DNA of 64,000 nt from Thermodesulfovibrio yellowstonii (GTDB lineage: Bacteria > Nitrospirota > Thermodesulfovibrionia > Thermodesulfovibrionales > Dissulfurispiraceae): contig DYHD01000002.1 of assembly GCA_020724365.1 (NCBI GenBank), positions 393 through 64,392 on the forward strand. Reading direction: 5' to 3'. The position numbers were made by a program, and so were the translations under genes. The stretch's first letter is position 1; each line of letters opens with the position of its first letter. The notes under the pieces were generated by a model, which saw only the letters and a program-made list of their open reading frames with translations, did not search any database and was not told the origin of the DNA. Positions 35,687 to 45,392 of the stretch are shown here, piece by piece.

Positions 35687-36914
35687 TAGAATTTTCTCCT
35701 GTGAACTCCCAAGTCGTCAGGGAGTATGCAGGCAATCGTACTGTGAAAGTTGACCCCTTGCCTGATTCACTCGAGGCAAAAATCTCGCCCCCATGGTTTT
35801 TTATTATGTTATAGCATGTTGATAAGCCTATCCCCGTACCCTTACCAGGTGGTTTAGTTGTAAAAAATGGTTCAAATAGCTTGTCAAGATGATGAGGTGC
35901 AATTCCGATACCAGAATCAATTATAGAAACCTCGATCCATTTGTTATCTGTTTCTGATGTAATGATGGTTATTTTGCCTCGCTTCTCAGTGGCATCGAGT
36001 GCATTAAAAAGTAGATTTAATATTACTTGCTTTAGTTGAGATAAATCTCCATATACAGCAGATAATGACTTTGAAAGTTTGAGTTCAATAAAATTAACCC
36101 TTCTTTTTTTTAAACGGCTTCTTATTAATTGAAGGGTATCTATAATAATAGAATTGAGATCTAAAGGACTAAATTTTTGGCTTTTAGGTCGCCCCAAATC
36201 GAGCAGATTCTGAACAATTTCCTTACAACGTTTGCACTCTTTGAGGATAATAGTAAGATACTCATCAATCTCCTCAGAGAGCGGTTTTTCAAGACTTTTT
36301 TTAATAGTTGGGAGCCTGCGCTTTAATCCTTGTGCAAAACCTGATATAGCAGTTAATGGGTTATTTATCTCATGAGCTATCCCTGCTGATAGCAAACCAA
36401 TAGTGGACATCTTCTCAGCTTGATAAAATTTTGCTTGATATTCCTTTTCAAGAGTTACATCTCTCTTTAAAAGCAGAACACTAATTGGATATCCATCTGA
36501 TTTTCTAAGTGGAGATGCGGTGATCTCAAAGTGTCTGATTTTGCCTGCAATAGGAATCATTTCTATCTGTCTTTGAACTTGATTGGTCTGAATAGCAGTA
36601 AAAACTATGCACTCAGGGCAAATAGTTTCCCTTTGCCTGAAAACCTTATAACAAAGTTTATCAATAGGTTCTTTCTCTTCAAATACATCAAAGTAAAAAT
36701 GATTTACAGATATGATGCGCAGATCGAGCGACACAATAGCCATAACATCTGTAATACCATCTAGTATGCTCTGTATGTGCTGTTGTTTTATCTCAAGTTG
36801 AGTGTTAGAAGCCTCGAGTTCAGTTATCTTGTCTTGTAGCTCTCTGTAAAATCCAAGCTTAATGTATTCTATACCAATAAGGTCTTGCAGAGAGGGTTTA
36901 CTTTGCTTCACCAT
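35673..36914 (-). CDS. Cytoplasmic PAS-domain sensor histidine kinase
   Basis: No TM segment. A PAS region contains 'CYKVF....ICPEC', H-box 'AGIAHEINNPL', and an HATPase with 'IDSGIGI' and 'GTGIGLS'. Overlaps the regulator gene by 14 nt. Confidence 0.85.
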   Translation of the reverse strand: MVKQSKPSLQDLIGIEYIKLGFYRELQDKITELEASNTQLEIKQQHIQSILDGITDVMAIVSLDLRIISVNHFYFDVFEEKEPIDKLCYKVFRQRETICPECIVFTAIQTNQVQRQIEMIPIAGKIRHFEITASPLRKSDGYPISVLLLKRDVTLEKEYQAKFYQAEKMSTIGLLSAGIAHEINNPLTAISGFAQGLKRRLPTIKKSLEKPLSEEIDEYLTIILKECKRCKEIVQNLLDLGRPKSQKFSPLDLNSIIIDTLQLIRSRLKKRRVNFIELKLSKSLSAVYGDLSQLKQVILNLLFNALDATEKRGKITIITSETDNKWIEVSIIDSGIGIAPHHLDKLFEPFFTTKPPGKGTGIGLSTCYNIIKNHGGEIFASSESGKGSTFTVRLPAYSLTTWEFTGENSNDIK

Positions 36915-38050
36915 GCCTCCTTACATATCATTAAAAGGTCTTCCCATGTAGCATGGCGAGGATTTGTCAAAAGACAAGCATCATTGTAAGCCATCTTGCA
37001 AAGGGTCTCTAACTTTGAATCATCTTTTACTATCTCGCTTAGTTTCTGGTTAATATTAAATGAATCAAAAAATTTCTCGATAGCTCTTATACAAGATAAA
37101 GCCGTATCGTAAGTTGATCCAAGCTGAGGAGCCATAAATATTTCTCCAATTTGGGAAATCTTTTCAGGACATGATGGAAGATTGAACCTTAATACATGGG
37201 GCAAAAGGACAGGATGGACTAAGCCGTGCATAGTATCGAACATCCCACCCAGTGCATGAGCCAAAGCATGAACCGCTCCCAAGCTAGCATTGCTAAAAGC
37301 CATTGCTGCTGCAGTACTGGCTATGCTGAGCTGGCAAAGATGCTTAAGAGTTTTGGTCTCAACTGCTGGCTTAAGATGTTGAAATATCAATCGTATGGCG
37401 AGTAATGATTGGGATTCAGTAAATGGAGATGCTATCTTCGACAGATATGATTCAATAGCATGACACAAGGCGTCAATAGCAGAAGAGATAATTAATTCCT
37501 CGCCTTTAGTTGTCAATAGATATGGGTCTATAATTGAGATATTAGGCACAAGAGTACGGCTTATTATAGACATCTTTATGTGACGCTTTACATCAGTTAT
37601 AATTGCGAACTGTGATATGTCTGAACCACTCCCTGCTGTAGAAGGAATGAAAAGCATTGGTGGGAGAGGTTTTTGTATTCGATTTGCTCCCTCATAATCT
37701 CTTATTTGACCACCATTGCTTGCTATAATAGCAATACCCTTTGCGGCATCCATAGGGCTGCCACCTCCTAAAGCCACTATCACATCGGCATCTTCTGAAA
37801 GATATCTCTCACCTCCATGGTGAATCTGATAGTCTCTTGGATTAGATGTAATATCAGAATAATATGACCAATGTAAATGGTCTCTTTCGAACAAATCAAT
37901 TAAGCGTGAAACCCATCCAGCCTTTTCCAATCCAGAATCGCTGACTATAAAAACCTTCTCAGCTCCAAGCTGTCTGGCACATAATCCGACATAACTAATA
38001 CTGCCGCTGCCGAAAATAATCTCGGGGATAGAAAACTTAATGACACTCAT
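36908..38050 (-). CDS. Second iron-containing alcohol dehydrogenase paralogue, 380 aa
   Basis: 'LGGGSPMDAAKG', 'AIDALCHAIESY', 'AVHALAHALGGMFDTMHGLVHPVLLPHV'. Its stop overlaps the kinase start (ATGGTGA). Confidence 0.85.
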   Translation of the reverse strand: MSVIKFSIPEIIFGSGSISYVGLCARQLGAEKVFIVSDSGLEKAGWVSRLIDLFERDHLHWSYYSDITSNPRDYQIHHGGERYLSEDADVIVALGGGSPMDAAKGIAIIASNGGQIRDYEGANRIQKPLPPMLFIPSTAGSGSDISQFAIITDVKRHIKMSIISRTLVPNISIIDPYLLTTKGEELIISSAIDALCHAIESYLSKIASPFTESQSLLAIRLIFQHLKPAVETKTLKHLCQLSIASTAAAMAFSNASLGAVHALAHALGGMFDTMHGLVHPVLLPHVLRFNLPSCPEKISQIGEIFMAPQLGSTYDTALSCIRAIEKFFDSFNINQKLSEIVKDDSKLETLCKMAYNDACLLTNPRHATWEDLLMICKEAW

Positions 38051-38183
38051 AAGACATCCTGTTTTATTGATGAACCTTGGTTCACAAAAGGTTATAATAA
38101 TAAATAAATACTCATTATAAAAATAAGTTGAAAAACCTCTTATAAATTACTAAACTATCGAACTCTTAAAAAAAATAACCTTT

Positions 38184-38705
38184 ATGGAATATAAAACCTA
38201 CATTTTTAAAAATGGCTTGTATGAAATTCATTGTGTTTTTGAAGGTCATTTTTTAGTTAAGTTATCCTTTATAATTATAAAGGATGATAAGAGCATAAAT
38301 TCAAATGCCTTGATGAAAAATTTAGATCTGAAATCAGCCAATTTAGATGAAGACTTTTTATTATTATCCAACGAACTATATCTATATTTTAGAGGTTCAA
38401 TCAAGCAATTCAGTCAGCCTATAAGATTTACTACCGGCACTGAGTTTGAGCAAGACATATGGCTTACCCTCAATGAAATTCCCTACGGAGAAACAAGATC
38501 CTATAAATGGATCGCACAAAAAATTGGTCGTATCGGGGCTTATAGAGCAGTTGGGAATGCTTTAAGAAAAAATCCATTACCATTAATTTTGCCATGTCAT
38601 AGGGTAATCGCATCTGATGGTTCACTTTGCGGTTTTTCAGGAGGAATAAAGTTGAAAAGATGGCTTTTGGAGCATGAAAAGAGACATAATATTAAAGTTC
38701 TTTAG
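38184..38705 (+). CDS. ogt: Methylated-DNA--protein-cysteine methyltransferase
   Basis: 'IPYGETRSY..IA......A.RAVG.A...NP....LPCHRVI..DGSL.GF.GG'. Confidence 0.9.
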   Translation: MEYKTYIFKNGLYEIHCVFEGHFLVKLSFIIIKDDKSINSNALMKNLDLKSANLDEDFLLLSNELYLYFRGSIKQFSQPIRFTTGTEFEQDIWLTLNEIPYGETRSYKWIAQKIGRIGAYRAVGNALRKNPLPLILPCHRVIASDGSLCGFSGGIKLKRWLLEHEKRHNIKVL

Positions 38706-40651
38706 CAATCTTTCATCTCAGTTATAAAATATTTTATATCGCTCAGTGAATTTGTTATCTTGCACTCTGGAAGGGATTTAAGAAATTCTTTGCCGTATCC
38801 CTTTGTAATTATCCTTGAATCTAATATTGCTACAATTCCTCTATCTTTTTTAGTTCTGATAAGCCTTCCGAATCCCTGCTTTAGGAGTATTGCTGCCTGA
38901 GGCACCTGATAATCATGAAAAGGGTTTTTCCCAGATGCTGAAAGAGCCTCCATACGAGCTTGTATTATGGGTTCATCAGGAACTGCAAATGGGAGTTTCG
39001 TAATTATCACACATTGTAAATCATCTCCTGGAATATCTATTCCCTGCCAGAAAGTATATGTGCCAAATAAGACTGAATTATTGTTATTTCGGAATTCATT
39101 GAGTAAGCTATAATTATCCATTTCACCCTGCCTCAGAAGCCTCAACCCAGATATTTGTATCCCTTCATATGCCATTTTCAAAAGCCTGTAATTTGTAAAA
39201 AGAACTAAAGTCCTTCCCATCATTATATCTAAAATGCCTCTTAGCCGATTAATAAGGCTTATCTCAAAATCTTTATCATTAGGGTCAACAATATCATCAG
39301 GAATATAAATTAATGACTGCTCTTTATAATTAAATGGTGAATTGAGCAGGAGAGATTTAGCATCAGGCAATCCGAGACGCTCCTTTATATAATCAAATCT
39401 ACCATTAGTCGCAAGGGTTGCTGATGATAATATAGCAGGACAAACAACATCAAATACCTGCTTCTTTAAAATGGATGCTACATCAACAGGTGTGGCAACT
39501 ATCCTGAATCGCCTGCCATCCCTCTCAGCCCAATATACATGCTCTTCTAATTCCTGCTCAATTATGTATTTCAGAGATAAACTAATGTTGTCAAACCTTA
39601 AAGCATGAGCATGTATATCCTTCTGTTCATCTTCTTCCGAAGAGCATTCTTTGAGCTTCTTTAAGTAACTAGATAGATATGAGAGCGTTTCTGTAATATT
39701 ATCCTGTATAAATCCCCTTTTATAAATCCTCTTCGTTGTTGCTTCACCAAGCAATCTATGGATCTCATTAAAAAATGCCTCACCATGCAGCCTAACTGCA
39801 CTGACCATATTTCCAATCTCTGTCATGGTATCCTGCTTAAGCCATTTAAGCTGATAGAGTAAGCCTTTCCCTGATGGGCTTATAATGGAGTCGAGTAGAT
39901 ATTTAAGGCTCATATTTGAGACCTCTACCCCAAGATAATCAGCGGCTACATCCTCAATCTCGTGTGCCTCATCAAAGACACAGGCATTAAAATGTGGTAT
40001 CACATTCCAGCCTGATACAACATTAGCAAAAAAGAGGTGGTGGTTAGTAACGAGTATATGAGATATCCTCTCTTTAGCCTTTGCCTTCTGGTAAAAACAG
40101 ATATTATATTGCTTACATTTTTTCCCGTAACAGGTATCACTTTCTCTGCATATCTTTTGCCACATATAGGCTGGGATATCTATCTCGGACTTGATGCCTG
40201 TTGTTGTCTTTTTAGCCCATCTTAAAAGCTTATTTATCTGTATATCAGGCTCATCAAAAAGCCCGAGCTTGACCGTCTTATCAAGCCTTCTCATGCAAAG
40301 ATAATTTTCACTACCCAGACAGAGAGCGTAACGAAGTTCGTTAAAGACTCTATCTTTTAGAAAAGGTAGTTCTTTTTCAACGAGCTGTCTTTGCAATGCC
40401 TTAGTATAAGTCGAGACGACAGCTTTTCTGTATTCTGTCTCACTGCTTAAAACCCATTTGATCAGAGGCAGAAGATATGCGAGGCTTTTGCCAACACCCG
40501 TGCCAGCTTCGACGATTAGATGGTTTTTACTATTAATCGCATTATCAACAGCTATAGCCATTTCAATCTGCTCTGGTCTTGACTCATAACCTTCGAGTGC
40601 CTGTGAAATTTCTTGATATTCTTTTGAAAAATTTGTCTTGTTATTATTCAT
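38702..40651 (-). CDS. dinG: DinG/XPD-family ATP-dependent DNA helicase with Fe-S domain
   Basis: Motif I 'EAGTGVGKSLAYLLP', Cys cluster 'CLGSENYLC...C....CYGKKC', DEAH box 'VFDEAHEI', C-terminal 'GFGRLIR...D.G.V.ILD.R'. Confidence 0.85.
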   Translation of the reverse strand: MNNNKTNFSKEYQEISQALEGYESRPEQIEMAIAVDNAINSKNHLIVEAGTGVGKSLAYLLPLIKWVLSSETEYRKAVVSTYTKALQRQLVEKELPFLKDRVFNELRYALCLGSENYLCMRRLDKTVKLGLFDEPDIQINKLLRWAKKTTTGIKSEIDIPAYMWQKICRESDTCYGKKCKQYNICFYQKAKAKERISHILVTNHHLFFANVVSGWNVIPHFNACVFDEAHEIEDVAADYLGVEVSNMSLKYLLDSIISPSGKGLLYQLKWLKQDTMTEIGNMVSAVRLHGEAFFNEIHRLLGEATTKRIYKRGFIQDNITETLSYLSSYLKKLKECSSEEDEQKDIHAHALRFDNISLSLKYIIEQELEEHVYWAERDGRRFRIVATPVDVASILKKQVFDVVCPAILSSATLATNGRFDYIKERLGLPDAKSLLLNSPFNYKEQSLIYIPDDIVDPNDKDFEISLINRLRGILDIMMGRTLVLFTNYRLLKMAYEGIQISGLRLLRQGEMDNYSLLNEFRNNNNSVLFGTYTFWQGIDIPGDDLQCVIITKLPFAVPDEPIIQARMEALSASGKNPFHDYQVPQAAILLKQGFGRLIRTKKDRGIVAILDSRIITKGYGKEFLKSLPECKITNSLSDIKYFITEMKDC

Positions 40652-40848
40652 AATATAAGGTCTTCTTAGTCAGTTTAAAAAATATTTAATACAATAATAT
40701 ATCAAAAATGGAACATTGTAATGAATACAATTGCACCAAAAGATTAAGGGATATACAATTGATAATCGTAAATTTCTATAAGAGTTAATAATCAGTATCT
40801 GTTTTTTTACCCTATAAAAAATTTTCATTTTCTGGTATCATCAAGTTC

Positions 40849-41244
40849 ATGTTTAAAAGAGTAGTTTGTGCAGGCACATTTGACCACCTTCATCCAGGTC
40901 ATCTTGATTTCTTAAGGCAGGCTAAAGAGCTTGGAGATGAACTCGTGGTCATAGTTGCCCGTGATGAAACCGTCTATAGAATCAAGGGTTTCCTGCCAAC
41001 TTATAATGAAGAAGTCAGGAAAAAGGGAGTTGAAGATACAAAAATTGCAGATGTAGTGATATTGGGCAATTACAATTCTGATATCTTTATGATACTCGAA
41101 GATATTAAACCTGATATCGTTGCACTCGGCTATGATCAGAGGGTTAAGGAATCTGAGATTTTGAAAAGATTTCCAGCATTAAAAATAATAAGGCTGCAAC
41201 CATATCAGGCTGATAAATACAAATCATCTTTTTATAGGAAATAG
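40849..41244 (+). CDS. Cytidylyltransferase-family nucleotidyltransferase (RibL/FAD synthase- or PPAT-like), 131 aa
   Basis: 'VCAGTFDHLHPGHLDFL' (T/H)xGH motif. Specific substrate not assignable. Confidence 0.6.
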   Translation: MFKRVVCAGTFDHLHPGHLDFLRQAKELGDELVVIVARDETVYRIKGFLPTYNEEVRKKGVEDTKIADVVILGNYNSDIFMILEDIKPDIVALGYDQRVKESEILKRFPALKIIRLQPYQADKYKSSFYRK

Positions 41245-41268
41245 GCATCTCGAATTAATATCACTTTA

Positions 41269-43782
41269 ATGTTTATTAAATTAAATAAGATTTTATTTAA
41301 GCTTATCTTTTTATTTTTGTCCGTTGTACTTCTTTTTATACTTGGCTTCAAGTTTTTTACTCTACATGAAAAAACAAGACTATACACCCTGCTTGAGTTG
41401 AGGGCAAGCGAGAAAAAGATATTCTTTGACAAAGTATTGGAGCTAAAGAGCTCGTCTCTCAAAACATTTGCTAACGATTATACTGTTTATGACGGGATGG
41501 TGAATTTCATTATAAGAGAAGACAAAAAGTGGGCTAAAGAGAACATAGAAATCGGATTAGAGACATTTAAAGTAAATGCTATATGGATTTATAAACCTGA
41601 CCAATCTTTGATTTATTTTGTCAATAACCTGAATTCTGATGTTTTAAAACAGATTCCCATCCCTAAATCATCATTTAAAGATATTTTTGAAAAAGATAAG
41701 CTTCCTGTTTTTTATATTGAAACTGAAGCTGGATTGATAGAGATAGTAGGAGCCACAATACATCCAACTACTGATAAGGAGAGAAAAACAAAGACGAGAG
41801 GATATTTTTTCGTGGGACGGCTCTTGGATTCTGAATATCTCAAAGAAATTTCAAAGCTGACTGAGAGCAAAGCGGAAATATTACCATATACGAGCCAAAA
41901 ATCTTTAAGCGCTTATGACAGGAATTCAAAAACAATTATTGTTTCAAAGATATTACAGAAATGGGATGGCATACCTATTGCTCTATTACATACAGAAAGC
42001 GATACATCTATATATCAGGAGTATGCTCATTTATTCGATATCACTCTGCACTCATTTCTATTATTCGCACTATTAATATTATCATCTATGGCATTTTTTC
42101 TTGTCAGATGGATTGTAGTGCCTCTTGACTTGATTTCTAAGAGCCTCGCTGCGAGTGATCCATTACCTCTTAAGGACATAAAAGACAATAGCTCCGAATT
42201 CAGCATTATATCAAAGCTCATCAAGAGGTTTTTTGCTCAAAAGGAAAAGCTTTTAAGGGAAATAAAAGAACATGAAGGAACTAACAAAGCGATGCTACAA
42301 AGCCAAACCAGATTAAAAGCACTTTTTGAACTCTCACCAGAAGCTATTTATCTTACAACTGTAAGCGGAAAGGTCATTGACTGCAATCCTGCAGCATCAG
42401 AAATGTCAGGATATACAAAAGATGAGTTGCTTCAAATGACCACATGCGATCTGATTACAGAAGAAAGCGTTAAACAAATTTCTGCAGCAATTAATGAAAA
42501 GATGCTTTCTAATATTTATTTTGCCGAGCATTTCTGCAAAAGAAAAGGCGGTGTGGTCTTTCCTGTTGAAATGATTGCCCGATTAATAGAGATTGACAAG
42601 GAAAGTTTTTTTATTGTAATCATCAGGAATATGACTGAAAAAAGAAAGATGGAAAAAGAGATTCTTAAGTCTCGACAACTTGAATCTCTTGGGATTCTTG
42701 CTGGAGGAATTGCACATGACTTCAATAATATTCTGACTGGAATTATGGGGAATGTATCTCTGGCAAAGATGTTCACAAAACCGAATGATAAGATATATGA
42801 AAGACTTACTTTAGCAGAAAAAGCTTCTCTGAAGGCGAAGGACTTGACCCAACAGTTGCTTACCTTTTCAAAGGGTGGAGCGCCCCTTAAAGAGGTGGTT
42901 TCTATGAAAGAATTGTTGACTGAATCAGTAAAATTTCTATTAAGCGGTAAGGCAATAAGATGTGATTACAAATTGCATGAAGATCTTTGGATGGTCGAAA
43001 CAGATATCGGGCAGCTCAATCAAGTTATTAATAATCTTATAATTAATGCCTTAGAGGCGATGCCTGATAGCGGAAAGATTGATATAGCCGCCGAAAATGA
43101 GGAAATCATTATAGAAAATGATTTACCTCTATCTCTGGGCAGGTATGTCAAGGTATCAATAAGGGATTATGGGGGCGGTATTGAAGAAGAACATTTACCA
43201 AGAATTTTCGAGCCTTACTACACTACCAAGCAAACAGGAAGCGGTCTTGGACTTGCAGTGGTTTATTCAATCATCAAGAGGCATAAGGGGCATATAATAG
43301 TCGAATCAAAACAGGATAAAGGGACAACCTTTACTTTCTATTTACCTGCAACTGATAAGATTGAAAAAGAAATAGGAATTGATGAAAAAAAGAGCAGGCA
43401 TGCAAAAGGAAAGATTCTAGTTATGGACGATGAGGATATTATTAGAGATATACTTGTTAGTTCATTAAGCTATCTTGGATTTGAGGTTAAATGTGCCAAA
43501 GACGGAGCTGAAACAATAGAATTATATAAAAAAGCCATGATCACCGGTAAGCCTTTTGACGCTTTAATAATGGACTTGACCATTCCTGGTGGACTGGGAG
43601 GGAAGGAAACAATTAAAACCCTATTGGAAATAGACCCTAATGTAAAGGCAATCGTAGCAAGCGGTTATTCAAATGATCCAATCATGGCTGATTTTAGCAG
43701 TTATGGCTTCAAAGCCGCAATAACAAAGCCTTTTAAGCTCGAAGCCCTGAACGATATCTTATCGAAGATGCTTTATCAATAA
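41269..43782 (+). CDS. Hybrid sensor histidine kinase (TM-flanked N-terminal sensor, PAS, HisKA/HATPase, receiver)
   Basis: Two TM helices flank a ~240-aa extracytoplasmic region. PAS 'LFELSPEAIYL', H-box 'GGIAHDFNNIL', 'GSGLGLA', and C-terminal REC 'ILVMDDE...DALIMDLTIPGG'. Confidence 0.85.
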   Translation: MFIKLNKILFKLIFLFLSVVLLFILGFKFFTLHEKTRLYTLLELRASEKKIFFDKVLELKSSSLKTFANDYTVYDGMVNFIIREDKKWAKENIEIGLETFKVNAIWIYKPDQSLIYFVNNLNSDVLKQIPIPKSSFKDIFEKDKLPVFYIETEAGLIEIVGATIHPTTDKERKTKTRGYFFVGRLLDSEYLKEISKLTESKAEILPYTSQKSLSAYDRNSKTIIVSKILQKWDGIPIALLHTESDTSIYQEYAHLFDITLHSFLLFALLILSSMAFFLVRWIVVPLDLISKSLAASDPLPLKDIKDNSSEFSIISKLIKRFFAQKEKLLREIKEHEGTNKAMLQSQTRLKALFELSPEAIYLTTVSGKVIDCNPAASEMSGYTKDELLQMTTCDLITEESVKQISAAINEKMLSNIYFAEHFCKRKGGVVFPVEMIARLIEIDKESFFIVIIRNMTEKRKMEKEILKSRQLESLGILAGGIAHDFNNILTGIMGNVSLAKMFTKPNDKIYERLTLAEKASLKAKDLTQQLLTFSKGGAPLKEVVSMKELLTESVKFLLSGKAIRCDYKLHEDLWMVETDIGQLNQVINNLIINALEAMPDSGKIDIAAENEEIIIENDLPLSLGRYVKVSIRDYGGGIEEEHLPRIFEPYYTTKQTGSGLGLAVVYSIIKRHKGHIIVESKQDKGTTFTFYLPATDKIEKEIGIDEKKSRHAKGKILVMDDEDIIRDILVSSLSYLGFEVKCAKDGAETIELYKKAMITGKPFDALIMDLTIPGGLGGKETIKTLLEIDPNVKAIVASGYSNDPIMADFSSYGFKAAITKPFKLEALNDILSKMLYQ

Positions 43783-43953
43783 AATATCGCAAATATAATT
43801 CATAATTCAAAACTTAATAGCCTGTTAATTTTTCTTTGATGAGTTCAAGCTTACAATTCAACTTTAGCAGTTTTTTTGTAATAGTTCCATGCTTGATTAG
43901 GACATACACTATTTACCAAGATAATATTTTGAATCTTGAATTTCTTATATTTC

Positions 43954-44907
43954 TCAGGATTTAGCTGTTAGAATAATGCAGTCATCAAACATTTTTTCAT
44001 CAATTCTTTTAAGTCCTGATTTTTTAAACCATTTTTTAATCTCATCCGGACTATAGCATCTGCCGCTTTCAGTGTTTACGAGCATATTTACAGAAAAAAT
44101 AGCACTCTTAACAGGATTTGCATGGGTATTATCAATATAGAACTCTTGAACCACTATCTTCCCATTTTGATTGAGGGCTTTAGCAGATTTATTAATAATT
44201 TTAATGTTATCTTCATCTGAAAATGCATGTAATACTTGGCTGATAAATATTAGGTCATATCCGTTACCTATATCATCAGATAGAAAATCACCTGCAATAA
44301 AATCAATTGAACTTACTTCAGATTCTTTTATAATATCTTTGGCAACATCAATAGTTTCTGGAAGGTCAAATAGAGCAACTGAGATACCTTTTTTTGCCAT
44401 TTCAATAGAATATGTGCCTGGACCGCCACCTAAATCGAGTGCTTTTTTAACTCCCTTGAGATTGATTTTCTTAATAATATTTTCAGCCTTGAGCTTTGAT
44501 ATATCGTGCATCCCCTTTATAAAAGATATATGATCTTGTGCCTTGCGAGCAGGCTTGCCAGTCTTAACGATTTCATCGAGTTCTGACCAATTTTTCCATA
44601 AGGTATTTAAATGCTTAACTATATTGCCATGATAATAAGGGCTACCACTCACCAAAAAACGGTTAGCGATAGAACTATTTTTATATTTATTAGTAATCTT
44701 TTTTAGAAGCATCAGCCCTGTTAAGGCATCAAGCAATATTTCAGTTGCCCGCAAATCAGTTTTTATTGCTGAAGCAATATTTTCTGCCGTTTGGGGTATT
44801 TTCAGGTATTCGAATATTCCTAAATTATTGGCAGTCAGTAAAATTCTTGAAGACCAGTAATTGCCCCATAAAATCTTTACTGTATTCAGTTCATCTTGAA
44901 TTTTCAT
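43954..44907 (-). CDS. Class I SAM-dependent O-methyltransferase (family 2 type with N-terminal winged-helix dimerisation domain)
   Basis: SAM motif I 'ALDLGGGPGTYSIEMAKK' and 'DLIFISQVLH'. I place the start at ATG 44907 (RBS 'gggagga'). The longer ORF-track start 44964 would run into the riboswitch. Confidence 0.75.
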   Translation of the reverse strand: MKIQDELNTVKILWGNYWSSRILLTANNLGIFEYLKIPQTAENIASAIKTDLRATEILLDALTGLMLLKKITNKYKNSSIANRFLVSGSPYYHGNIVKHLNTLWKNWSELDEIVKTGKPARKAQDHISFIKGMHDISKLKAENIIKKINLKGVKKALDLGGGPGTYSIEMAKKGISVALFDLPETIDVAKDIIKESEVSSIDFIAGDFLSDDIGNGYDLIFISQVLHAFSDEDNIKIINKSAKALNQNGKIVVQEFYIDNTHANPVKSAIFSVNMLVNTESGRCYSPDEIKKWFKKSGLKRIDEKMFDDCIILTAKS

Positions 44908-44961
44908 ATGCTGTTCCTCCCAAAAATTGATTTTTTTATTTATCTTTTGTTTATAATACCA

Positions 44962-45200
44962 CATTAGGTGCCATATGGCTTAATAGGGAATCCCGTGAGG
45001 CTTTTAATTATAGTCCGAGTCGGGAGCGGTCCCGCCGCTGTAACCGGTACGAAAGCCCACAAAGGCAGTCGTTAGTTGTTAGTATATTAGGTAAACGATT
45101 AAAACTGTCATCGCCACTGAAAAGGTTTACTTTTTGGGAAGGCGGGTGAGTAGGGAATTAAATATTAGAAACCGGAAGCCAGAAGACCTGCCTGATAAAG
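44962..45200 (+). promoter_or_regulatory. Cobalamin (B12) riboswitch aptamer
   Basis: Conserved blocks 'aatagggaa', 'ggtcccgccgctgtaaccgg', 'cgccactg....gggaaggcg' and the B12 box 'agccagaagacctgcc'. Upstream of the cob operon on the same strand. Confidence 0.85.
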
Positions 45201-45345
45201 ACAGTGAATAGTTGTTGAGTTTGAATGTAAAAACTGAATGCTCTTATTCCTCACCATTCATTACATAATACTGACTATATACTGTTCACTAGTGTAAATC
45301 CTTCACGCGGAGGAAGGCAGAGGATGAAGTAAAACAGGGTGCAAT

Positions 45346-45382
45346 CCTCAGGGCATTATGCTCTGAGGTTTTTTTATTTTTT
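45346..45382 (+). terminator. Intrinsic terminator of the riboswitch expression platform
   Basis: 'cctcagggc-atta-tgctctgagg' stem followed by 'tttttttatttttt'. It ends 10 nt before the ATG at 45393. Confidence 0.75.
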
Positions 45383-45392
45383 GGAGGTTTAT

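Noticed and set aside
45339-45392. 18-aa N-terminal extension of the ThiC-like ORF.
   Set aside because: The extension is the riboswitch terminator hairpin and its U-tract, and an RBS precedes the ATG at 45393. The leaders 56119..56151 (cbiM), 15989..16021, 46660..46695 and 44908..44964 were trimmed for similar reasons.
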